Made by a program: the position numbers and the translations under genes | Source of the DNA: Acidimicrobiales bacterium | GTDB lineage: Bacteria > Actinomycetota > Acidimicrobiia > Acidimicrobiales > BPGG01 | Length of the DNA stretch: 64,000 bases | Direction of reading: 5' to 3' | Assembly: GCA_026002915.1 (NCBI GenBank) | Contig: BPGG01000001.1 | Location: 597,468 to 661,467 of the forward strand | The notes under the pieces: generated by a model | Databases searched by the model: none | Told to the model about the DNA's origin: nothing | What the model saw: the letters and a program-made list of their open reading frames with translations, nothing else | In this document: in pieces, positions 1 through 8,749 of the stretch | Layout: the number at the start of each line of letters is the position of its first letter | Position numbering within the stretch: the stretch's first letter is position 1

Positions 1-456
1 GGCCGGTGATCTCTCCCACTTGTCGTTCACTTCACGAGCGATGGCCGAAGTATCTGACATGCTCAAGGGTGAGACGACCAAGACCACCACCTTCGGGTTC
101 AGCCTCGGGAGCACGAACCTCTCGAGCCATTCCGCATCATGATGTAGCTGCGTTCCCCATAGACCCGCGTTGTACGCTCGGCCTCCGAAACGAGCGACGA
201 GCCTGGCGGGGTCCACCGAGCCTGCTGCGAGAGAGTTGCCCTGTATCAGTACCTCGATGCACCTTCCACTCGCGGCAATCCTGTCTAGTTGGGCGATCTT
301 GTCCTGGGCTATCCAGTTGTAATGGACGAGGGGCTCTCCCATTGCTCGTGCGATCGGGTAGAAGATCATGTTCACGGCTGCGAACGCTGCAGCGACCAGA
401 AGTGCGCGTCTCAGAAACGCCGCATTTGACAGCTTTCTCAGAACTGGAAGTACCAA
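1..456 (-). CDS. SGNH/DltD-like O-acyltransferase partner protein, N-terminal part only (gene runs off the left edge)
   Basis: Absent from the ORF track because it is open at the window edge. My reverse translation of 1-430 reads RKLSNAAFLRRALLVAAAFAAVNMIFYPIARAMGEPLVHYNWIAQDKIAQLDRIAASGRCIEVLIQGNSLAAGSVDPARLVARFGGRAYNAGLWGTQLHHDAEWLERFVLPRLNPKVVVLVVSPLSM. This is colinear with the 5982-7040 product (N-terminal TM helix, G-x-S block). It lies directly downstream of MBOAT 438-2036, as its paralog does. Start unresolved (TTG 456, or a CTG overlapping the MBOAT stop). Confidence 0.6.
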   Translation of the reverse strand, partial: MVLPVLRKLSNAAFLRRALLVAAAFAAVNMIFYPIARAMGEPLVHYNWIAQDKIAQLDRIAASGRCIEVLIQGNSLAAGSVDPARLVARFGGRAYNAGLWGTQLHHDAEWLERFVLPRLNPKVVVLVVSPLSMSDTSAIAREVNDKWERSPA

Positions 457-2036
457 AACTGCTCCCTTGCTCCGTGGGGAAAAGTGACCAGACTCGCGAC
501 CATCGCCGCCACGAACACTGCCCACACGATGTCCGGAAGCAGTGCCCGTCTCAGAGGCTCGTGTGTTTCACTCGAGCCCCCCGAGGCACGCCATTCGTCC
601 TCGAGTCTCTCCAAGCGAAGTTCGTATCGGTCTGTCGCATACACAGCTGCCAGGGCTATCGCCAAGACCATCAGGATCTCCGAACGCAAAGGTCCTCCGG
701 AGAAGCTGAAGAGATCCCTCCACAGGAGGGCCGCCTCGGCCAGGGATCCGACGGCTGGAATCATCGTGGCCAACGCGAAGGGGAAGATCGTGGCCACGAA
801 CCACTTCACACTCCCGGACGTGACGCCCAGCGACAAGCGCTCTGCCTCCGCCACGCGGACAGACGAGATCGCGGCGCCCGCGCTGCCTGGACGCAGCGGG
901 TACGAGCCGCCTGTGGCCATGAAGCAGGAGTCTCGGGGTGGCCGCACAATGCCGGCACGGCTCATCAAGTACTCGACGATCACGAACAGTCCGAGCAACC
1001 AGCCCCACACCACCATCGACCAGCTGGCGCCGTGCCAAAGGCCGGTTATGGTGAACACCACCGCGATGTTCCTCACCGTCCGGAGCGGACCACCCCTGTT
1101 CCCCCCCAGCGGTATGTACACGTAATCACGGAACCAGTTCATCAGCGACACGTGCCACCTGCGCCAGAGTTCTCCATGTCCGCGCGACCAGACAGGACGA
1201 AGAAAGTTTCTGGATATGTCGACACCCAGCAGCTTCGCGAACCCTCTGGCGAGCGCGGAGTAGCCCGCGAAGTCGCCATAGACGCGGAGTATGAACAGCA
1301 GAGCGCCCGCGAGGATCGTCGACCAGTGCACCGGCCGGGTGACGGTCTCTCCCAGCTCGACGGTGGTCCGCGACAAGGCGTCGGCGGCCAAGGGCGACAG
1401 GTTGTCGGCGACGACCACCTTCCGGAAGAGGCCGAGGAGTATCAGGTCTACGGCGATCATGGCCTCCGCCGCGCTGAGGCGGGTGGGCAGCGAGCGCAAC
1501 TGCGGTATCAGGTTCTTGGCCCGCTCTATGGGTCCGGCGGCCAGCTGGGGGAAGAAGGCCACGTAGGTGGCGAACACGACGAAGTCCGGCTCCGGCTCGA
1601 CGTGCCTGCGGTAGACGTCGATCGTGTAGCTCATCGACTGGAACGTGTAGAAGGAGATCCCGACAGGAAGGACTATGCGAAGCACGGCTTCGGGGGCTTC
1701 CAGGCCGAACGTCTCGGCGATCTTCGCGAAACTCCCGTAGAAGAAGTCGAAATACTTGAAGAACCCGAGGATCCCGAGGTTCACCGCGATCGAGACGAGG
1801 AGTATCTGTCGGCGCCTGTGAGGATCGACCTCCTGGCCGAGGGCGCGGCCTGCCAGGTAGTCGACGACTGTCGAGACGAACAGCAGGCCTAGGAATCTCC
1901 AGTCGAACGTGCCGTAGAAGAAGTACGAAGCCGACAAGAGGAGCCAAAGCCTCGGTCTGGGCCTGTTCCGCAGAGCCCAGTACGCGCCGAGTGTGGCCAG
2001 GAAGAAGGCGAAGTATTCGGCGGAGTTGAAAAGCAT
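438..2036 (-). CDS. MBOAT-family membrane O-acyltransferase (AlgI/DltB/PatA-like), copy 1
   Basis: 532-aa ORF starting MLFNSAEYFAFF. Polytopic. Carries FYTFQSMSYTIDVY, FFPQLAAGPIER and the histidine block RRWHVSLMNWFRDYVYIPLGG typical of AlgI/DltB-type MBOATs. About 60 percent identical by eye to the 7048-8628 product. Confidence 0.9.
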   Translation of the reverse strand: MLFNSAEYFAFFLATLGAYWALRNRPRPRLWLLLSASYFFYGTFDWRFLGLLFVSTVVDYLAGRALGQEVDPHRRRQILLVSIAVNLGILGFFKYFDFFYGSFAKIAETFGLEAPEAVLRIVLPVGISFYTFQSMSYTIDVYRRHVEPEPDFVVFATYVAFFPQLAAGPIERAKNLIPQLRSLPTRLSAAEAMIAVDLILLGLFRKVVVADNLSPLAADALSRTTVELGETVTRPVHWSTILAGALLFILRVYGDFAGYSALARGFAKLLGVDISRNFLRPVWSRGHGELWRRWHVSLMNWFRDYVYIPLGGNRGGPLRTVRNIAVVFTITGLWHGASWSMVVWGWLLGLFVIVEYLMSRAGIVRPPRDSCFMATGGSYPLRPGSAGAAISSVRVAEAERLSLGVTSGSVKWFVATIFPFALATMIPAVGSLAEAALLWRDLFSFSGGPLRSEILMVLAIALAAVYATDRYELRLERLEDEWRASGGSSETHEPLRRALLPDIVWAVFVAAMVASLVTFPHGAREQFWYFQF

Positions 2037-2091
2037 GTGAGAGTTGCGTCAGCCGTTCGGCCCCGACGAGATCCGGACCACGTGGGGCACC

Positions 2092-3144
2092 CTAGCCATC
2101 CGTTCCATGGAGGGGCGAGCCGAGCCGGGCCGGGACGCTGCCTTCGGGATCGCCCGTCGGGTCGAGACGCTCGTCGGTCAGAAACTCGACCTGCCCGGAG
2201 CGCGCCGCCGTCACGGCCGCCTCCGCACAGCGCACCGCCTGCCATGCCGGCGGCAGGAACTGCTCGCACACCCGCAGAGAGTCCTCGTGGCCGCTGAGGA
2301 GGCGTCCGAACAGTCGGATCTCCTCACCGAGGGGATCGCCGAACGACGAGGGAGGCTTCCCCACCACTGCGAACAGCGATCGCAGGAGCGCCGAGTCCCG
2401 CGCCACCGGCTCATGGAAGGCCAGAGCCGGACTTCCTATCTCGTCCAAGGTCACAGCGACGCGTTCGAACCTGATGGTCGTGTGTCTGACCCACGACTTC
2501 CCGAGCCGCGACGCGTACACGAGTGCATCCACTCCCGCTCCTAGGCGGACGTCGACCAATGCGCGGTCACCGTCGCCGTCCCCGGGCGGCGTGACCGCGG
2601 CCCGTACCGCCAGAGGCACGCCGCCCGAGACGAACACCAGGTTGGCGAAGTCGTGCACCGCGAGGTCCATCACCACTCCCGTGTCGGGATATCTGCGGGC
2701 GGGCCCCGCACGCACACAACGTGCACCTACCACCGTCCCGAGAAGCCCTGAGCCCGCGACCCTCCTGAGCCATCGGACGGCGGGACTGTGTAGGGTCGTG
2801 TGGCCGACGAGAAGAGGCACTCCCTCCTCTCGTGCGAGACGGCAGAGGCGCAGAGCCTGTGCAGCAGACAGCGACATGGGCTTCTCGACGAGGACACCGC
2901 AACCCTCCTCCAACGCGGCAGCAGCGTGGGCGTGATGCCAACTCGATGGTGAAGCGACCACGACCCCGTCCGGTCGGTGGCGTCGAACGAGGCTCTTCAG
3001 TCGCACGGCGGTGTCCTCGCCGTGGGTGCCGTCCAACTCGAATGCGATGACCAGACCAGAGGACTCGAGGCGCTCGCGCAACACCCGCCCCCACCGACCT
3101 GTGCCTACCATTCCGACTCGTGCCCGAGATCGCACCTCGACCAT
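2092..3144 (-). CDS. Gfo/Idh/MocA-family NAD(P)-dependent oxidoreductase
   Basis: 350-aa ORF. N-terminal Rossmann motif VGMVGTGRWG and the family EKP motif (VLVEKPMSLS). Start could instead be the internal ATG at 3111. Confidence 0.8.
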   Translation of the reverse strand: MVEVRSRARVGMVGTGRWGRVLRERLESSGLVIAFELDGTHGEDTAVRLKSLVRRHRPDGVVVASPSSWHHAHAAAALEEGCGVLVEKPMSLSAAQALRLCRLAREEGVPLLVGHTTLHSPAVRWLRRVAGSGLLGTVVGARCVRAGPARRYPDTGVVMDLAVHDFANLVFVSGGVPLAVRAAVTPPGDGDGDRALVDVRLGAGVDALVYASRLGKSWVRHTTIRFERVAVTLDEIGSPALAFHEPVARDSALLRSLFAVVGKPPSSFGDPLGEEIRLFGRLLSGHEDSLRVCEQFLPPAWQAVRCAEAAVTAARSGQVEFLTDERLDPTGDPEGSVPARLGSPLHGTDG

Positions 3145-3157
3145 CCTCGCGCGTCAC

Positions 3158-5014
3158 ATGAAAGGGGACGCCGCGCCGGCGGCCGTCCCGGCCCCTAGAA
3201 GCGAGCCGGGAGCCCGGACGCCGCTCTCGAAGCTTGTGGTGGCCACAGCCCTGCTGGCTGCCGTACCCCTCGTGTTGAACCCGATCGTCGCAGCGAGAGA
3301 AGGGTGGATGCCCGTGGGGGATGTGGCCCAGCACGAGGGGCTCGTGCGCGACGTGTGGAACGGCCACCTACCCCTCTTGGGTACAACCTCGACGCTCGAC
3401 GAGCAGTCGGGAGCCGAGAGGGATCCCGATCCGGAGAACCACCCGGGTCCGCTGCTCTACTGGATTCTCGCCGTCCCCTATCCGCTCTTCGAGAAGTCAG
3501 ACGCGGCCTTGCTCCCAGGGCTGGTGCTCCTCAACCTCGTTTCGCTCGCCTGCATCGTGTTCTTCGCGTCGAGAGCGGGCGGGCCGCAGGCGGCTCTCGC
3601 AGTCACGGCTCTCGCCTCGCTCGCAGTGTGGTTCCTGGGCCCGGCATTTCCCCACGATCCATGGAACGTAGAGGCCGTTCTCCTTCCGTTCCTCGCATTT
3701 CTCGTGGCGTCTTGGGCTGGGCTGCTTGGAAATCCGCCGGCGTGGCCGGCCGCCTTGTTCTTCGGCAGTCTCGCATTTCAGTCGCACACAGCGTATGGAG
3801 CGATCTTCGTCGCAGGCGTCCTCCTCGCGGGCGTCGGAGCACTTCGCGCCTACCGGGACACTCGCCTGAGAGGGGCGAACCACCGCTGGCTTTTCGTCAC
3901 TGCGATCGTGGCATTGTTCTGCTGGTCCGGCCCGCTCATCGAGGAGCTGCAACCAGGAAGGGGAAATCTCAGCGCCATGTTGAGTGGCCTACTCGAGAGT
4001 GGGAGGAAGACACTAGGACCGGCCAAGGCAGTGGCGCTGTTGGGTACACAGCTATGGCCTTGGCGATGGTGGTCTCAGCCGCACCCTCTGATGTGGGACC
4101 AGACCCCGATCCTTTCGCCTCTGCTGACTCTCGGCGCAGCGGTCACCGTGATGGTCTTGACGATGCGCGCTGCCGAAAACATCGCGCTTAAGGCCCTGAG
4201 CGTACACGGATTGGTCATGACGCTCGCAGGACTGGTCACCTGTACCTCGGCGCCTCAGATTGCGATCTTGGAGAGAGGAGTCCAACAGACATCCATCCGG
4301 TGGCTCTGGGTGCTCGGTCCGTGGCTCACGTTCGTCGCCCTGCTCGGTGCCCTCGTCCAGCTGCGTGCCGCCTTTCGCCTCAACTTCCGAAGCGTCCGAG
4401 TCGCCGCGGGACTGAGGATCTGCGCCTGCACGACAGTAGCCCTCTCCGTCGTGGCGGCCGCGTACCAGGCGGGAATCGGAGCCGACAGAGACGGTCCCCT
4501 CTACGAGACCGTCCGATCCTTGGCGGGACAGATCGAGTCCAGAGTCCCCACGACGGGTGAGTATGAACTGAAAGCCGAGGGAACGACCGCTTTTCTCCTC
4601 GTCGCGCCTTCGCTGGTCCCAGCTCTCGAGCGGCGGGGTTTCGACGTCTCGATCGCAAACGTTGAGGAAACAGAGTGGGGATCCCATCGAAAGCCTCGGG
4701 ATCCCGTCGCAACATTGCTGATCCTGAGCGGGCCGGGGGTCGAGAAGTGGTTCCAGGAGGGTGTGGAGGTGGCATCTTGGACCCCACATCGTCCCGCCGA
4801 CTCCGCGAGGAGGAACGAGACACTGCGACGCCAGCTCGTCGAATATCTGACCTCGAGCACCGAGCAACTCCCGCCTGCGGTGCAGGCGTTCCTGGCTACC
4901 GAGGACGAGGGTGGGCTCACCATCCCGATCCACCCGGAGATCGGCGCGCAGCCGTGGGTACGAGAGCTGCGCGCCACGGAACCCGTCGTCGTATGGCGCA
5001 TACCGGCGAAGTGA
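3158..5014 (+). CDS. Polytopic membrane protein, probable GT-C-fold (PMT_2/ArnT-like) glycosyltransferase
   Basis: Track ORF is 3011-5014. I start at ATG 3158 (MKGDAAP) because the upstream residues are R/P-rich and overlap the divergent gene. Many hydrophobic helices. The first loop contains DVAQHE and ENHPGPLLYW, resembling the acidic + HPPL loop of PMT_2/ArnT enzymes. Soluble C-terminal domain. The 3' end overlaps the GT2 gene by 22 nt. Confidence 0.55.
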   Translation: MKGDAAPAAVPAPRSEPGARTPLSKLVVATALLAAVPLVLNPIVAAREGWMPVGDVAQHEGLVRDVWNGHLPLLGTTSTLDEQSGAERDPDPENHPGPLLYWILAVPYPLFEKSDAALLPGLVLLNLVSLACIVFFASRAGGPQAALAVTALASLAVWFLGPAFPHDPWNVEAVLLPFLAFLVASWAGLLGNPPAWPAALFFGSLAFQSHTAYGAIFVAGVLLAGVGALRAYRDTRLRGANHRWLFVTAIVALFCWSGPLIEELQPGRGNLSAMLSGLLESGRKTLGPAKAVALLGTQLWPWRWWSQPHPLMWDQTPILSPLLTLGAAVTVMVLTMRAAENIALKALSVHGLVMTLAGLVTCTSAPQIAILERGVQQTSIRWLWVLGPWLTFVALLGALVQLRAAFRLNFRSVRVAAGLRICACTTVALSVVAAAYQAGIGADRDGPLYETVRSLAGQIESRVPTTGEYELKAEGTTAFLLVAPSLVPALERRGFDVSIANVEETEWGSHRKPRDPVATLLILSGPGVEKWFQEGVEVASWTPHRPADSARRNETLRRQLVEYLTSSTEQLPPAVQAFLATEDEGGLTIPIHPEIGAQPWVRELRATEPVVVWRIPAK

Positions 5015-5952
5015 CGCCGGCGCGAGTGCTGAGCATCGTCGTGCCCGCGCACGACGAACAGGACTCGCTGCCCGCCCTCCACGCCGGGATCGTGGAGGTG
5101 CTGCAGGAGCGTGACGTCGACTTCGAACTGGTCGTCGTCGACGACGCCAGCGAAGACGGCACGTGGGGGGCGATCGCACGACTCCACTCGCACGATCCGC
5201 GCGTCAAGGGGATCCGACTCTCCCGCAACGTAGGCGAACACATCGCCGTCTGGATCGGTCTGAAGCTGTCGGGTGGCAACCCGGTCGTCGTCATGGACGC
5301 CGACCTGCAGCACCCTCCCGAGGCGATCCCGTCGATGCTCGACGCCTGGAAGCGTGGCAACGCCGTCGTGTTGATGTGCCGCCGCGGCGGGCCGAAGGCG
5401 GGTCTCACGAGACGCCTCGGGGCCTCCGTCTACCACAACACCCTGCACTGGATCTCGGAGAATCCGATCCCGCCCGGCCACGGTGGCTTCGCCCTCTACG
5501 ACCGCAGCGTGGTGGATCGATTCGACACGGCACCCACGACGCCGCCTTTCTTCCGCGGCAGCGCACTGACGGTGGCAGCCGCGACAGAGGTCCTCCACTA
5601 TGAAGAGGCGCACCGCATCCACGGGGAGAGTCGTCACACGCTCTCTTCACTGTCGCAGACGTGGCTTCTCGCCTTCGTCTCGACGTCCCCGAGCCGGTCC
5701 GCTCGGCTGGCCTCAGCAGCTCGAGCCGTCTCCTGGCTATGCGCCGTGGCGGCAGTGGCCCGCGTCGCTCACGGGTCGAGTCGGCGTGAGGATCTCGTCC
5801 GCCGGCTCGCAGCTGCATGTGCCGCCGCTGCGACCGCCACCGCATGCGCCATCACGGGTGCGGCCATACGCAAGGTCTCCAGGCCTTTCTCCGTACCGTT
5901 TGGAGAGCTCGTGGCCGAGAGAGTCGGATTCGAGGCCCGACCCGACACCTGA
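4993..5952 (+). CDS. GT2 glycosyltransferase, polyprenyl-phosphate sugar synthase type (GtrB/ArnC/Dpm1-like)
   Basis: Track ORF is 4675-5952. Real start taken as ATG 4993 (MAHTGEVTPARVLSIVVPAHDEQDSL). Motifs VVVDDASEDGT and MDADLQHPP (DxD), with a hydrophobic C-terminal tail. Confidence 0.85.
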   Translation: MAHTGEVTPARVLSIVVPAHDEQDSLPALHAGIVEVLQERDVDFELVVVDDASEDGTWGAIARLHSHDPRVKGIRLSRNVGEHIAVWIGLKLSGGNPVVVMDADLQHPPEAIPSMLDAWKRGNAVVLMCRRGGPKAGLTRRLGASVYHNTLHWISENPIPPGHGGFALYDRSVVDRFDTAPTTPPFFRGSALTVAAATEVLHYEEAHRIHGESRHTLSSLSQTWLLAFVSTSPSRSARLASAARAVSWLCAVAAVARVAHGSSRREDLVRRLAAACAAAATATACAITGAAIRKVSRPFSVPFGELVAERVGFEARPDT

Positions 5953-5981
5953 ACCGTGCATCGGAGGCCAGACCGCCGAGG

Positions 5982-7040
5982 TCAGCCGCGCCGGTTGCAA
6001 CGTAAGGGAATCTGCATCCTCTCCAGGGCGTCTCCCAAAGCACGGCTGACCACCCCCGCCCCCCGTGCATTCAGGTGGAACGTGTCGTAGAACCAGTCCT
6101 CAGGCACCCGCGCTCCGGTCAGGTCCACCAAATGTGCGCCATGCCGTTCTGCCATGGAGCGGACGGCCCCATACGCCGTCTGCACGAAACTCTCACCACC
6201 CGGGAGCAGCCGCACGAAACGGCGCGAGTAAGGCATCATCACGAGCACCGGATCCACCTCGTCCCCGCTGTCCGTGAGAAAACCTTCCAGCACCTCGATC
6301 TCGCCTTCGTCCACTTCGGGTCTCCCCAACCAGTCGACCACCTGCCTCACCACCCGCTCGGTCTCAGCAGAGCCCTCGACGTAGGTCTGGTCGGGCGGCT
6401 GCACCGTGATGAAGCCGTTCTCGGGGAACCGACGTGCGAACTCCGCGGCGTTCGCCAGATCCTCGGGCGGACGCCCGCCGACCACGGAAGGCCAGTGGGC
6501 CGGGTCGGAGAGACGCTGCCGGTATCTCACAAGCGGCAGGAGACGAGCGAGGAGCCGGTCGAGCGTACCCAGCAGGCCAGGGCGGGTCGCACGGGACCTC
6601 TGCCACCCGTCCACCGTCTCTTGGATCAGCGTGCTGCTGGCGGAGAAGCTCACCGGAGACAGGACGAACATCGGACGCACCGATCCCAGCCGCGGCCGGA
6701 CCCATTCGGTGTACCACTCCACGTCCAACGAGACGGGGGTTCCGAGGATGGCGGCGTTGTAGATGTGTGCGCCCCCCCATCTGGGACCCACGATCTCCGG
6801 ATCGAACGAATGCATCCCGAGCGACGGACCCAGGACCACCGCGTCGACACACTCTCGCCTGCCTCTGATGGCGTCCATCTGATGCACCTTCGTCTGAGCC
6901 GGCCAGCTGTAGTGGTCGAGAGGCTCGACGACACGTTCCCCCGCCGCGGCCGCCAAGAGGTTGGAAGAGACGAACACCACGAGGACGCCGACCGTCAGGG
7001 GAAGCCATCCGAACCCACGGGCTCTCCGGCCGGCGATCAC
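5982..7040 (-). CDS. SGNH/DltD-like O-acyltransferase partner protein (PatB/AlgJ/DltD analogue), copy 2
   Basis: Track ORF is 5982-7106, but its first 22 codons overlap the MBOAT 3' end. I use GTG 7040 (VIAGRRARGFGWLPLTVGVLVVFV = signal-anchor), 9 nt after the MBOAT stop. G-x-S block (VVLGPSLGMHSFDP) and a C-terminal DxxH block (FYDTFHLNARG). Confidence 0.7.
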   Translation of the reverse strand: MIAGRRARGFGWLPLTVGVLVVFVSSNLLAAAAGERVVEPLDHYSWPAQTKVHQMDAIRGRRECVDAVVLGPSLGMHSFDPEIVGPRWGGAHIYNAAILGTPVSLDVEWYTEWVRPRLGSVRPMFVLSPVSFSASSTLIQETVDGWQRSRATRPGLLGTLDRLLARLLPLVRYRQRLSDPAHWPSVVGGRPPEDLANAAEFARRFPENGFITVQPPDQTYVEGSAETERVVRQVVDWLGRPEVDEGEIEVLEGFLTDSGDEVDPVLVMMPYSRRFVRLLPGGESFVQTAYGAVRSMAERHGAHLVDLTGARVPEDWFYDTFHLNARGAGVVSRALGDALERMQIPLRCNRRG

Positions 7041-7047
7041 AGTCCAC

Positions 7048-8628
7048 TCAGAACTGGAAGTAGAAGTAGGGCTCACCCGCGCCTCCCGAGAACACCAGAA
7101 GTGCACACACCATCATCCCGACACGCAGCCCCCAGAGAAACGACGCCGTCGAGTCGCCGACAGCCCGGCCCTCCTCGAGCGCCTCGACTGCGATCTCGTG
7201 GCGATCTCCGACGACCAGACCGGCCAGACCCCACAAAACTGCGAGCAGAGCCGCACCGTCCACGGCTCCACTGCCGAAGGTGATGATCGAGGTCCAAACG
7301 TCCACGGCATCCGACACCGACCGCAGAGGCAACAGGACGGTGAGTACGGCCAGTGGGATGATCGTCACCGCCACCCTGCCTGCCTCGAGTATCCGGTTCG
7401 GCAGAGTGGCGGCGCCCCGCTCACCAACGGCAGTGGGGCTCGGCTCGTCGCCGGCGGGGGGCGCTCCCTCCCTCACGGCTCCTGCGCCGACCTCGATCTC
7501 CCCCTGGTCGCCGACGCTGGTCGCAGCAGCACGCCTGCGACCACGCCGCAACGAGTGGTCCAACACGAGCAGCCCGCCAGCCGCCGAACCCCACAGCACC
7601 AGTGCCCAGCTGGCGCCGTGCCATAGTCCGGAGAGCGTGAACGTGACCATGAGGGCGAACCTCATCCTCGCCACTCCCCTCAGACGTAGACGCCGGTACC
7701 TCCTGCGCCAAAGCGGGTAGTAGACGTAGTCGCGGAACCAGTTCATCAACGTCACGTGCCAGCGCTGCCAGAACTCCTGCTGGGATCGGGACCAAAGTGG
7801 CCTGCGGAAGTTCCTCGAGATGTCGATCCCGAGGATCTTCGCCAGACCCCTGGCGATCGTCGAATACCCGGCGAAGTCCCCGTACAGCTGGACCATGAAT
7901 GCGAAGACGCCGACCCACGAGAGGATCCAGCTTGCCTCGACCGGCCTCCCGAACGCGTCTTGGGGACGCAGGGCGTCGCGCACCACGGGTGCCATCACGT
8001 CGGCCAGTGCCACCTTTCGGAACAACCCCAACAGGACGAGTTCGAGGCCGACCCGCACGGCCTTCGGGTCGATCCGTTCGGGGAGCGACCTGAGCTGCGG
8101 CACCAGGTCCCCGGCCCGCTCTATCGGGCCGGCCGCGAGCTGTGGGAAGAAGGCGACGTAGGTGGCGAAGACGATCGGGTCCTCTTCGGCCGTGATCTTC
8201 CCGCGGTACACGTCGATCGTGTAGCTCATCGACTGGAACGTGTAGAAGCTCAGGCCCACCGGCACGGCGATCTCGAGGAGCGGCGGGGACACGTTCCATC
8301 CGAGAGAACCGAGCAGATCTGCAGCCGAGGACACGAAGAAGTCGAAGTACTTGAACACTCCGAGGATCCCGAGGTTGGCCGAGACCGCCGCGACCATCAC
8401 CGTCTTGCGCGCCCCGGGGTCGCCGCTCCTCTGGATCAACCGTGCAGCCGTGAAGTCGATCGCCGTCGACAGGACGAGCAGACCCAGGAACCTCCAGTCG
8501 AAGAGGCCATAGAAGAAGTAGGAAGCACCCAGCAGCAGCAACTGCCGCAGCCTCTGGGACCGGATCGTCCAGTACGCCACGGCGACGACCACGAAGAAGA
8601 CAGCGAACTGCAGCGAATTGAACAGCAA
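7048..8628 (-). CDS. MBOAT-family membrane O-acyltransferase, copy 2
   Basis: 526-aa ORF starting MLFNSLQFAVFF. Same conserved blocks as copy 1 (FYTFQSMSYTIDVY, FFPQLAAGPIER, QRWHVTLMNWFRDYVYYPL). Ends YFYFQF. Confidence 0.9.
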   Translation of the reverse strand: MLFNSLQFAVFFVVVAVAYWTIRSQRLRQLLLLGASYFFYGLFDWRFLGLLVLSTAIDFTAARLIQRSGDPGARKTVMVAAVSANLGILGVFKYFDFFVSSAADLLGSLGWNVSPPLLEIAVPVGLSFYTFQSMSYTIDVYRGKITAEEDPIVFATYVAFFPQLAAGPIERAGDLVPQLRSLPERIDPKAVRVGLELVLLGLFRKVALADVMAPVVRDALRPQDAFGRPVEASWILSWVGVFAFMVQLYGDFAGYSTIARGLAKILGIDISRNFRRPLWSRSQQEFWQRWHVTLMNWFRDYVYYPLWRRRYRRLRLRGVARMRFALMVTFTLSGLWHGASWALVLWGSAAGGLLVLDHSLRRGRRRAAATSVGDQGEIEVGAGAVREGAPPAGDEPSPTAVGERGAATLPNRILEAGRVAVTIIPLAVLTVLLPLRSVSDAVDVWTSIITFGSGAVDGAALLAVLWGLAGLVVGDRHEIAVEALEEGRAVGDSTASFLWGLRVGMMVCALLVFSGGAGEPYFYFQF

Positions 8629-8749
8629 CCGTCACCCCGAACAGACAGACACGGACGCCGGTTTCAGACTAGCCCGGCGGGGCCGCCCCGAACGCCCCGG
8701 CGCCCGGGTCTTCGACCCGCTCGACGTCAGAACTCCGGCCGGCTCGCCA

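Noticed and set aside
6-1892. 628-aa plus-strand ORF, with nested ORFs at 484-1125, 1291-1566 and others
   Set aside because: It is antisense to a well-supported MBOAT gene. The translation is R/P/G/H-rich with no domain pattern, the usual mirror-frame artefact of GC-rich coding DNA.
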